From Schmidtea nova (taxonomy: Eukaryota), in NCBI GenBank assembly GCA_044892505.1, contig CM097883.1, positions 283,030,001-283,094,000 on the forward strand: 64,000 bases of DNA. The letters are read 5' to 3'. The translations under genes were made by a program, and so were the position numbers. Under the pieces are notes generated by a model that saw nothing but the letters and a program-made list of their open reading frames with translations, ran no database searches and had not been told where the DNA came from. The first letter of the stretch is position 1; each line of letters opens with the position of its first letter. This document shows positions 48,879 through 59,994 of this stretch, piece after piece.

Positions 48879-48951
48879 TGCCCCGAGTGAGGATCGAACT
48901 CACGACCTTCAGATTATGAGACTGACGCGCTACCTACTGCGCTATCGAGGC
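48879..48951 (-). tRNA. tRNA-Met: tRNA-Met (CAT)
   Basis: Consensus array copy. Confidence 0.97.
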
Positions 48952-49121
48952 GTTAAGTAGAGTTACACTTTTCTTTTCGTATTCAATATATCTTATTCAA
49001 GTCAAAATCATGATGATGATTTATTGTCGAAATGATCTAGAAAAGTTGGGTTTTGAAATGAATTGGTTTGTAAAACTAAAAATAGCAAAATTGAAAATTG
49101 TTGAAAAAATCCAAAAAATTA

Positions 49122-49194
49122 TGCCCCGAGTGAGGATCGAACTCACGACCTTCAGATTATGAGACTGACGCGCTACCTACTGCGCTATCGAGGC
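49122..49194 (-). tRNA. tRNA-Met: tRNA-Met (CAT)
   Basis: Consensus array copy. Confidence 0.97.
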
Positions 49195-49364
49195 GTTAAG
49201 TAGAGTTACACTTTTCTTTTCGTATTCAATATATCTTATTCAAGTCAAAATCATGATGATAATTTATTGTCGAAATGATCTAGAAAAGTTGGGTTTTGAA
49301 ATGAATTGGTTTGTAAAACTAAAAATAGCAAAATTGAAAATTGTTGAAAAAATCCAAAAAATTA

Positions 49365-49437
49365 TCCCCCGAGTGAGGATCGAACTCACGACCTTCAGAT
49401 TATGAGACTGACGCGCTACCTATTGCGCTATCGAGGC
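49365..49437 (-). tRNA. tRNA-Met: tRNA-Met (CAT), C72G + G15A variant (probably defective)
   Basis: Same two changes as 40872-40944. Confidence 0.8.
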
Positions 49438-49607
49438 GTTAAGTAGAGTTACACTTTTCTTTTCGTATTCAATATATCTTATTCAAGTCAAAATCATGAT
49501 GATGATTTATTGTCGAAATGATCTAGAAAAGTTGGGTTTTAAAATGAATTGGTTTGTAAAACTAAAAATAGCAAAATTGAAAATTGTTGAAAGAATCCAA
49601 AAAATTA

Positions 49608-49680
49608 TGCCCCGAGTGAGGATCGAACTCACGACCTTCAGATTATGAGACTGACGCGCTACCTACTGCGCTATCGAGGC
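49608..49680 (-). tRNA. tRNA-Met: tRNA-Met (CAT)
   Basis: Consensus array copy. Confidence 0.97.
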
Positions 49681-49850
49681 GTTAAGTAGAGTTACACTTT
49701 TCTTTTCATATTCAATATATCTTATTCAAGTCAAAATCATGATGATGATTTATTGTCGAAATGATCTAGAAAAGTTGGGTTTTGAAATGAATTGGTTTGT
49801 AAAACTAAAAATAGCAAAATTGAAAATTGTTGAAAAAATCCAAAAAATTA

Positions 49851-49923
49851 TGCCTCGAGTGAGGATCGAACTCACGACCTTCAGATTATGAGACTGACGC
49901 GCTACCTACTGCGCTATCGAGGC
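49851..49923 (-). tRNA. tRNA-Met: tRNA-Met (CAT), G69A variant
   Basis: Change converts U4:G69 wobble to U:A pair; structure retained. Confidence 0.93.
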
Positions 49924-50093
49924 GTTAAGTAGAGTTACACTTTTCTTTTCGTATTCAATATATCTTATTCAAGTCAAAATCATGATGATGATTTATTGTC
50001 GAAATGATCTAGAAAAGTTGAGTTTTGAAATGAATTGGTTTGTAAAACTAAAAATAGCAAAATTGAAAATTGTTGAAAAAATCCAAAAACTTA

Positions 50094-50150
50094 TGCCCCG
50101 AGTGAGGATCGAACTCACGACCTTCAGATTATGAGACTGACGCGCTACCT
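50094..50150 (-). pseudogene. tRNA-Met: tRNA-Met nt 17-73, interrupted by lineage-A copy 4
   Basis: Same junction as other A copies. Confidence 0.93.
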
Positions 50151-50648
50151 TTTAAAATTTTATTAATACAACAAGTTTTTTAATCTTTCTTTTTGAGAGG
50201 GCTCAGCTTGGAACCCGCCGTTCATTGAGTTTCTGCTCTAGAGAGACAAATTTCTTGTTTTTCGTAATTGAATTGTTGGAAGAAATATTGTCGTAACAGG
50301 CATCAATCTTTGAATGCTCTCTGGCTTCTCTGATGTTCTTCGGATAACAGTCCGGCTTTGCGCTTTCAGGTTTTTCAGGCTTATCTCTTGAAATTGGCAG
50401 ATTTATTTAGATTGAATAATTTTAAGTATGTCATTTTGGTTTGTAGTTCCATAGACTTTATATTCTTCATCAATCAGTTTTCGGTAATTCATTTCTCTGG
50501 AATAAAACAAAGTATTTCCTGACCAGGTTGACAGGTGTAGAATATATTTAATTATCAAAGTAATAATGATAAGATCATAAGCAAATAAACATTTATCTAA
50601 TCTAAAAACAACAATGATAACGAAAATATCTACAGTTTCTTTAAATAA

Positions 50649-53600
50649 TTAAACACTCGGAAGAATTCCTGTTGCATGAAAGTGCCATGTCTTTGCAGAA
50701 TGTGAGATATTACTCAAAGCACATGCTTTCAAAAGACCATCTATTTTTCCGACAGGAACTCCCATTTTAGTAAGCAAATCATACGTGGCAGGTGGAACAG
50801 ATCCTATTGAACTGATAATACAAGTGTATAGTTCTACAGAAAAATTTGGTTTCGCCACTTGTATTTTCTTTTTCAAGCTTTCGTACTTGGTCAAATTATC
50901 TTTATCTACATTTTCAAAATTAACCAAAGAGTCAAAAGGACATTTTATATCAACCATAAGAATGATCTTTTTATCATTGTTTGTTATTATTAAATCAACT
51001 CGTTCATTAGAATCAGATACATAAGAACAAGTGTGATCTACAACTACAATCAGTGAAGGATCTTTCAAATGATTTACAATCTGTTGAAGGCATTCATTGT
51101 GTCGCCTAAGTGCTAAGGTTTGATGAACTTTACACATTTGCAGAACATGAGGTAAAGTTTCCTCTGCGCTATGACAACGTCTACATAACCTATCCTCAAG
51201 CTTCCTTTAAGACTTTGAAAAATTGGCCAACGTGTTTGTTCGAGCACGATGAATGAATCTCCAGGAACTTTCACGCAATTCCCCTCTAAATATTGCTTTA
51301 TTAATTTTAGGCGATAAACTAAATGTTATAGAGCCACTAGTATTACTATTTTTCCATTTAGTAAAGTAAGAGTCAGAAAGAGCAAGGTGAAAGATTTTAG
51401 ATATTGAGCGTCTGTCTAAGCAGGTTAATATGATTGTTCCTTTTTCAATTGTTGTCAGACGAATAATAGGCTCATTCTTCAATACTTCAAACGATATTGA
51501 AATGTTGTGCATTTTTTCAAAAAATTGAATGGCTGTTCTTGGCCGATAGAATCTTGTTTTCTTACCATAATGTAGTCTAACATTATCAGCTCCATTAAGC
51601 CAGTTAAAGCTATCCTGGAGTGATGGGTTATTCTTTCCAAGTCGAGGTCCAGTTACGTATTTTAAGGAATCCAAATTAATCTTTTTGGTAAAAGGACAGT
51701 TTGATGTAAAAAGGCGGAAGAAATGACTTAATGTTTGTGTATGATATTCATCGAGAAGATCAGTACAAGATGCTCCTCCATTTTCAATTGAGTTATAAAA
51801 ATAACTGATTTCAGAATGACCAGACAAACTCATCATCTTTCTCAAATGACTACGAAGTTTTGTTGTACTGTTTCCAACATTAGCTGAAAGAGCACTAATT
51901 TTAATTTCTCTTGTTCTAAAAGGAAATATTAGACGCGAGTGTAGAAAAACCTTGTAAGCTTTCAGCTTTTGCCAACCATACAAGTCTGAGTCGGCAAGCT
52001 TTTTTGCATCACTGACTACCTTATCAAGTATTTCATAAGGACTTTGGTCAGCATCTTCACCTACTGGTACTCCAAGATATTGATAAAATTCTTTAGTTAA
52101 TAATTTCTTGATGTTTATTTTATCAATAGTAATTTCACTCACCGTGTCCACACTCGGCAGTTGAATGTAGGCACATTTTTCAGGTCGATATTCAAAGCCT
52201 ATTTCAGATGCAGTGTCGTACGCAATATTTATAATCGTTTGCAAGTCCTTAGCATTATTAGCAATAAGAGCAATATCGTCAGCATATGCAAGAACTTGAA
52301 TTGAAGATTCACCAATTTTAAAAGGACTGACATTTGAAAGACTAACCGCTTGAAGAACAGGATTGATTGCTATAGCAAACAAGACCATTGAAAGAGGACA
52401 TCCTTGTTTGACTCCTTGTTTTATTGCAATGTTTGGTGTTACAATCGGACCACAAGTATAGAAAGAGCTAGTATCAGTGTACAAAAGTTTTAAAATCCTA
52501 GTAAATTTCTCACTCATTCCAATATGACGCAAAATTGCCCACATGTAATCATGAGGTACACTACCAAAGGCGTCCTTAATATCAAGAAATGCAATAGTTA
52601 AAGGTTTATTTTTACTGTATTTCGAATGTTCAAGACAAGATGAAAGTATGGAATTGTGTTCAACACATCCATCATGAACAGAACCTCCTTTTTGTCCAAC
52701 ATGAAGAACATTATTTAGATTTACCCACACTGTCAAACGTCTAGCTAAAATTGATGAGAATATTTTGTAGACAACAGATAAAAGAGCAATCGGACGCCAA
52801 GAAGAGATTAAAGTATATTTGTCACCCTTGTCAGGTTTAGGAATCATTAACGTTTTGAAGGATTTCCAAACGTCTGGAATTGTATTTTCCCTAATGATTT
52901 TATTAAATAAAAAGGTCAACAATTTACCCTCTGGATCAAGAATTTCAATGTCCTTATATTCAATTCCATCAAGCCCAGGAGAAGTATTATCAGCGTTTTT
53001 CAACTCATAGAGTACCTCCTTTTCATTGATCAAATTCAAATTTAGAATATTTAAAGATTTAATTGCAAATTTAAAAATATTGTCATAATTCTTTAAAGTT
53101 GGATCTCTATGACTAAAATTATCTATGTGATCTTTAATTGTTGGCCTATCCTTTATGTCGTCATTCATAAATATTTTATTTATTGTCTTTTTCATATTTT
53201 TATTAAAAGATGACGTCAAATTAATTTTAGATGGCTTATCGTTATTTGTTTTGTTTCCCAAGTATGGCCTACGTAATTTAGTTAAATTGGCTACTTCTTT
53301 ACTTTTTGCAATAGTACTAATAATAAATTCCGCTATTTCGTTAACATTTGAATTTTGTAGATTTAACAAATGCTCATTTATTAAAATTATACGTTGATTT
53401 ATTTTAAGTTTAACATGTTGTTTTTCAATTTGTAAAGTCGTTAATGGAATTTCCATACATTCTTTTACAGGTGGTAAGAGAGAATTCACAACATTACCAA
53501 TGTCATGTAAATTAATGTTTTCAAGAGACAAGTCTAGAGCGTAGTGCTTGATGAAAGCACAGATGAGAACCCTGCTTACAAGACCAGAACCTCGAACATC

Positions 53601-55211
53601 ATGTGGACAATTACCAGCTTTACTACAAAGACCAGGAGATTCTCTTATTTCATTGATTTTAGTCAATAAGGCTTTAGCAGTAGATAAATAAGGAGCATTA
53701 TTCTGTAAAGTTGTTGGGTTTAATAAATAATGTTCATTATTGTTGTAGTCGATGACAAGCAGAATATGTTGAGCTTGTGGTGGAGCAATAATTGAAAAAA
53801 CAACTTGTGCTTTAGTTAGAAGATCAATATTTAAAAAATCATTCAAATATTGAGTGCAGTCATCTAATATTGCAGTGCAAATTGTATTATTTAAAAATAT
53901 GAAATTTTCACACAAATTTAAATTATTAAAATAATTTGTTAAAATATTATTTGTTATTTTAAAATTTAAAAAGTTTAGATTTATTGCCACTTGACCAAGT
54001 ATTTTTGAATGAATAATGCCAAGTTTTTCAATTACTCTGTCTCTATTGCAAATAGATCCTGAAATATACTGCTCCAAAAACAGTATGAAGGTCGTAGCAT
54101 GTTCTATTGGATCATCAGAAAACATTGAAGTTCGAAAAAGAGTGTGACGATGTTGTTGAAATTTTATTGAATTATCAAAGATAAATTTATTTAAATAATC
54201 AGTTATATTTTCTCCAATTCCTAACAATCTTTCAGTTATATTCGTAGAACGAACGTCAAAAACATAACTACAGCCAAGACTAATAGAACAAAGAAAAAGA
54301 CACCAATAATTATCATTTGGAATAATACTAATGATAATGCGAATATCCTTAAATTGTTTAAAAGTCACATTCTCTTTTATATAAATATTATTTTGATTAA
54401 TCAAATTAATTGTTAGTTCAGGAGAAAACACAAGCACACTTGGATCATTTTGAAACCACTTATTTAAGAGTGTAGAAACACAAGCTTTCTCGTTGTTAAG
54501 TTTTATTGGTTTAGCAATGTTGTTATTTTGCTGAGTATTCTTTTTAAACGTCATTGCTTTTTTTAAATTAATTTTATTAAGGAAATGATTCTTTGGCAAT
54601 CCATCACCCGATAATTTGACACTGTGATTTGATTGACCTTTTTTAAAATCGTGGATCTGTTCCCTAATATTCAATATAAAATTATCAGGTAAACATTCCC
54701 ATTCACCACTAACAATCATTGCGTATGCACAAATAAAAGGACCACAATCAAAATCATTATTTTGATATTTGAGATTTTTAATTGGATTGTCAGTTATTTG
54801 GTTGTGACGTTTAAATTTATTATTTAATACCGAGTTTATTTTTAGGGCACTAATTTTGCTGTCTAATCTATTCCTATAATTAAAGATTGGATCAATAAAA
54901 TAAGAAGTCAAAGAAGTCTTGCAATAAACAAACAAGACCCAATGGCAATTGTTAATATTGAGAGGACACAATATGACTTGGGCTTCAAAAATTGTTTGAG
55001 GTATCGGAAAAATAACATCGGTCATATTTGAGCATAAAATACTTACAACAAAACATTTAATGAAAGCAAAACTAGGGTTCCTGATGTGACGTTCAAAGAA
55101 ATAGTCAATGTCATCATCAGTGAACCAACATTTTAAATCATGAATGTCAAGAGTGCATTCTGCATCAGTCTCGTCAGACAATGCAGTACATGTAGAGGCT
55201 GATGCAGGCAC
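50649..55211 (-). CDS. Lineage-A ORF2, copy 4 (in-frame TAA at 51207-51209)
   Basis: As copy 2. Confidence 0.9.
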
Positions 55212-55220
55212 ATCCCATCA
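55153..55220 (-). promoter_or_regulatory. Putative UGA readthrough signal, lineage A copy 4
   Basis: As copy 2. Confidence 0.65.
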
Positions 55221-57453
55221 TTTGGTGATCGCCTTTGATAATTTAACGTCTTTTCTAGTAGTCATCTTTCTACTGTCTGTATTTTTAATTGGCACACAAG
55301 ATGTATTCTCCGCATCAATATCAGTTTCTAAAAGAGTCGGTTTAATGATACCTGTATTATTTGAATCTACGACATTGGAGCTAACGCTAACATCTTTACA
55401 AGTGTCTTTAGAAATTTCAATAACATCAACAGATTCACTACTAGTCAGAAGATTTTCAAGAGAGTCAACAAGATCAAAGATAACCGAAGTCATTTCAGTA
55501 TTACAAATTTTACGACATTTAATTGGAACCTGAAAATCATCTATGTTCTTGTTCAAAAATCTTTTCTTGTCTCTTATTATAAAATATATCAGTCGTTTAG
55601 CCTTGATAATGTTAATGTCATCACACTCAGAACGGAATTCATTAATATGTGAAAAGACAGAGTCTATTGCATTCAGTTGATCAATTTTTAGGGGAAACAA
55701 GTTATTAATTAAATTTAAAAATTTATTAATTTTTTTAATTGTATCTTTTGAAATTATATTTTTTAATTTATCAATCTCGCAGGTCAGCATCCATCGTTTG
55801 AATTTTATTAATTTTTCCTGACAACTAATTCTAAAGTATGAAGTCGAAGGTATTTTTTCAACAAATTCAGAGCCCCATATTTCAAAAGAGTCAATAGTCA
55901 AGGAACCACATTTAACACAGTCTATAACCGAATGAATAAGTAAGGAATTACGGAAATAATTGAAAACATAATCATCGTAATTAATATTGCTTGAAAATTT
56001 AATATCACCCTTTAAGTTTAGATAATTAATATAGTAGATTAATTCCACAATCTTAATGGAAGAAGCAGGTGATGATAAAAGTTGATCTAAATGCTTATCA
56101 GTTCTAGACATTTCAAACAAATCAAATAACCCAATATTAAACATAATATCAGAGGCATGGCTAGAGTCAGCTTCTTTTATTGTAGGTTTACAATCAACAG
56201 TAAATTTACCATCTAAAAAAGAAATGTCCTTTGGAAAATCCTTATTTAATTTTAAACAATTAATTAAATCAATTAATTTTTCAGGATTCTTTGAAATATT
56301 TTCAATAAAAACCATTTCTTTTAGTTCAGGGTAATCAAGATAGAGTTTATTTATTTGTGATCTTGAAAGATTATTTGAAATTAATTCAACACCGGCATTA
56401 TGACAATTATCAGAAGTGGAAAAGTCTCTCATTATAAAGTCACCGTCAATATACCTTATTTCTGATTTAACAAGAAAGTCTGGCAATTGTTTTTGTAATT
56501 TTAATAAATCTAAGGCTTTATTAATAACGCTTCCCTTTTGGATTTCATTTTTATTAGAGACGGTTTCTGCCAATTTGCTTGAGAGAGCAAATAAAAATTT
56601 CCTTATCGCTAAAGGTGCAGAAATCATTTTAGATGAAAGATTAATTGAATTTATAATATCGCAAATAAATGTTTTCTTACTACTTACAGAAATTGAATTT
56701 TGAGATATTTCAGTTTTAGTTTCAACTACTTTATGTTTTTGATTTTTAATAAGTTTAATTGAAACGCAGAAATTGCAATTTCGATAAAAGAAATGATCAA
56801 CATCCTTAATACTCATGTTAAATTTTGAATTATTAATAAGTGAGATTTCCTTGTCAATAAGATCAAATTTTAAAGTAGAATTTTTCATTTTAATTAAATC
56901 TTTAAGGCGTGGAAAATTATTCAATAATGTACGGCGCTCATTTTTTGTTAAAAGTCTAGGTAAGAAATTAAATTGAAAGTTATCAACTTTAACATTACGG
57001 GTACCCTTATTAACTGTGACTTTAAGAGATTTAACAGGTTTATTGAGAGGAGTCTGAAAATCATGGCTAATAACAGGGGCATCAGGAACATTAACAACTG
57101 CTTCAACAAAAGAATTATCAGAATTGATACATAAATCATTTCTTGAAATAGGAACAAAAAGATTGTTATTTTTAGAAAAATCATTAATTGATAAATTATT
57201 ACCAGAATCATAATTATTTAAAGAAACATTAGAAACTTTAGTATTATCAAAACCATTAATGAAATCAGAGAAAATATTCAAATTACTCAAAATCAAATCA
57301 ATTTTACCTTGAATTGAAATAAAATTCTTTTCCATCTGATCCAATCTCTTTGAAAGTCCTTCGTCAGAAGCAGGTTTTGAAAATTCAGTTGCAGTAATTG
57401 ACTCCAAAATCGATTGATTTGAAATAATTTGATTTTTCAGAATATCAATTAAT
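55218..57453 (-). pseudogene. Lineage-A ORF1, copy 4, N-terminally truncated
   Basis: Begins ..LIDILKNQ; MKHTEITQ start missing; one T>I change. Confidence 0.8.
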
Positions 57454-57534
57454 ATATCAACTAAAAATAGCAAAATTGAAAATTGTTGAAAAAATCCAAA
57501 AAATTATGCCTATTATTATTAAAATTATTATTAA

Positions 57535-58169
57535 TAAATTTTGAATTATTAATAAGTGAGATTTCCTTGTCAATAAGATCAAATTTTAAAGTAGAATTTT
57601 TCATTTTAATTAAATCTTTAAGGCGTGGAAAATTATTCAATAATGTACGGCGCTCATTTTTTGTTAAAAGTCTAGGTAAGAAATTAAATTGAAAGTTATC
57701 AACTTTAACATTACGGGTACCCTTATTAACTGTGACTTTAAGAGATTTAACAGGTTTATTGAGAGGAGTCTGAAAATCATGGCTAATAACAGGGGCATCA
57801 GGAACATTAACAACTGCTTCAACAAAAGAATTATCAGAATTGATACATAAATCATTTCTTGAAATAGGAACAAAAAGATTGTTATTTTTAGAAAAATCAT
57901 TAATTGATAAATTATTACCAGAATCATAATTATTTAAAGAAACATTAGAAACTTTAGTATTATCAAAACCATTAATGAAATCAGAGAAAATATTCAAATT
58001 ACTCAAAATCAAATCAATTTTACCTTGAATTGAAATAAAATTCTTTTCCATCTGATCCAATCTCTTTGAAAGTCCTTCGTCAGAAGCAGGTTTTGAAAAT
58101 TCAGTTGCAGTAATTGACTCCAAAATCGATTGATTTGAAATAATTTGATTTTTCAGAATATCAATTAAT
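57535..58169 (-). mobile_element. Tandem duplicate of the 5' ~635 bp of lineage-A copy 4
   Basis: 716-bp offset duplicate of 56819-57453 including its junction. Confidence 0.93.
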
Positions 58170-58222
58170 ATATCAACTAAAAATAGCAAAATTGAAAATT
58201 GTTGAAAAAATCCAAAAAATTA

Positions 58223-58295
58223 TGCCCCGAGTGAGGATCGAACTCACGACCTTCAGATTATGAGACTGACGCGCTACCTACTGCGCTATCGAGGC
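58223..58295 (-). tRNA. tRNA-Met: tRNA-Met (CAT)
   Basis: Consensus array copy. Confidence 0.97.
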
Positions 58296-58465
58296 GTTAA
58301 GTAGAGTTACACTTTTCTTTTCGTATTCAATATATCTTATTCAAGTCAAAATCATGATGATGATTTATTGTCGAAATGATCTAGAAAAGTTGGGTTTTGA
58401 AATGAATTGGTTTGTAGAACTAAAAATAGCAAAATTGAAAATTGTTGAAAAAATCCAAAAAATTA

Positions 58466-58538
58466 TGCCCCGAGTGAGGATCGAACTCACGACCTTCAGA
58501 TTATGATACTGACGCGCTACCTACTGCGCTATCGAGGC
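58466..58538 (-). tRNA. tRNA-Met: tRNA-Met (CAT), C32A variant
   Basis: Anticodon loop ATCATAA. Confidence 0.88.
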
Positions 58539-58708
58539 GTTAAGTAGAGTTACACTTTTCTTTTCGTATTCAATATATCTTATTCAAGTCAAAATCATGA
58601 TGATGATTTATTGTCGAAATGATCTAGAAAAGTTGGGTTTTGAAATGAATTGGTTTGTAAAACTAAAAATAGCAAAATTGAAAATTGTTGAAAAAATCCA
58701 AAAAATTA

Positions 58709-58781
58709 TGCCCCGAGTGAGGATCGAACTCACGACCTTCAGATTTTGAGACTGACGCGCTACCTACTGCGCTATCGAGGC
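58709..58781 (-). tRNA. tRNA-Met body with CAA anticodon
   Basis: + strand AGATTTTGAG vs consensus AGATTATGAG: anticodon CAT>CAA. Confidence 0.85.
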
Positions 58782-58951
58782 GTTAAGTAGAGTTACACTT
58801 TTCTTTTCGTATTCAATATATCTTATTCAAGTCAAAATCATGATGATGATTTATTGTCGAAATGATCTAGAAAAGTTGGGTTTTGAAATGAATTGGTTTG
58901 TAAAACTAAAAATAGCAAAATTGAAAATTGTTGAAAAAATCCAAAAAATTA

Positions 58952-59024
58952 TGCCCCGAGTGAGGATCGAACTCACGACCTTCAGATTATGAGACTGACG
59001 CGCTACCTACTGCGCTATCGAGGC
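58952..59024 (-). tRNA. tRNA-Met: tRNA-Met (CAT)
   Basis: Consensus array copy. Confidence 0.97.
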
Positions 59025-59194
59025 GTTAAGTAGAGTTACACTTTTCTTTTCGTATTCAATATATCTTATTCAAGTCAAAATCATGATGGTGATTTATTGT
59101 CGAAATGATCTAGAAAAGTTGGGTTTTGAAATGAATTGGTTTGTAAAACTAAAAATAGCAAAATTGAAAATTGTTGAAAAAATCCAAAAAATTA

Positions 59195-59267
59195 TGCCCC
59201 GAGTGAGGATCGAACTCACGACCTTCAGATTATGATACTGACGCGCTACCTACTGCGCTATCGAGGC
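59195..59267 (-). tRNA. tRNA-Met: tRNA-Met (CAT), C32A variant
   Basis: Same change as 58466. Confidence 0.88.
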
Positions 59268-59437
59268 GTTAAGTAGAGTTACACTTTTCTTTTCGTATTC
59301 AATATATCTTATTCAAGTCAAAATCATGATGATGATTTATTGTCGAAATGATCTAGAAAAGTTGGGTTTTGAAATGAATTGGTTTGTAAAACTAAAAATA
59401 GCAAAATTGAAAATTGTTGAAAAAATCCAAAAAATTA

Positions 59438-59510
59438 TGCCCCGAGTGAGGATCGAACTCACGACCTTCAGATTTTGAGACTGACGCGCTACCTACTGCG
59501 CTATCGAGGC
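59438..59510 (-). tRNA. tRNA-Met body with CAA anticodon
   Basis: Same change as 58709. Confidence 0.85.
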
Positions 59511-59680
59511 GTTAAGTAGAGTTACACTTTTCTTTTCGTATTCAATATATCTTATTCAAGTCAAAATCATGATGATGATTTATTGTCGAAATGATCTAGA
59601 AAAGTTGGGTTTTGAAATGAATTGGTTTGTAAAACTAAAAATAGCAAAATTGAAAATTGTTGAAAAAATCCAAAAAATTA

Positions 59681-59753
59681 TGCCCCGAGTGAGGATCGAA
59701 CTCACGACCTTCAGATTATGAGACTGACGCGCTACCTACTGCGCTATCGAGGC
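59681..59753 (-). tRNA. tRNA-Met: tRNA-Met (CAT)
   Basis: Consensus array copy. Confidence 0.97.
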
Positions 59754-59923
59754 GTTAAGTAGAGTTACACTTTTCTTTTCGTATTCAATATATCTTATTC
59801 AAGTCAAAATCATGATGATGATTTATTGTCGAAATGATCTAGAAAAGTTGGGTTTTGAAATGAATTGGTTTGTAAAACTAAAAATAGCAAAATTGAAAAT
59901 TGTTGAAAAAATCCAAAAAATTA

Positions 59924-59994
59924 TGCACCGAGTGAGGATCGAACTCACGACCTTCAGATTATGAGACTGACGCGCTACCTACTGCGCTATCGAG
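59924..59994 (-). pseudogene. tRNA-Met: tRNA-Met nt 3-73 (G70T), interrupted at nt 2/3 by lineage C
   Basis: ...GCTATCGAG then TAAACATTT instead of GC. Confidence 0.92.

Larger units (their letters stand above)
50151..57453 (-). mobile_element. Lineage-A non-LTR retrotransposon copy 4 (altered, shorter 5' junction)
   Basis: Near-identical to copies 2-3; net 108 bp shorter across the 5' junction, ATG lost. Confidence 0.96.
58175..59994 (-). repeat. tRNA-Met array segment 5 (eight 243-bp units, with a 729-bp higher-order repeat)
   Basis: tRNAs at 58223 + n x 243; variant pattern repeats at 729 bp. Confidence 0.97.

Noticed and set aside
24811-59994. 243-bp periodic repeats as a CRISPR array
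   Set aside because: Units are whole tRNA genes with identical spacers, in a eukaryotic context with no cas genes.
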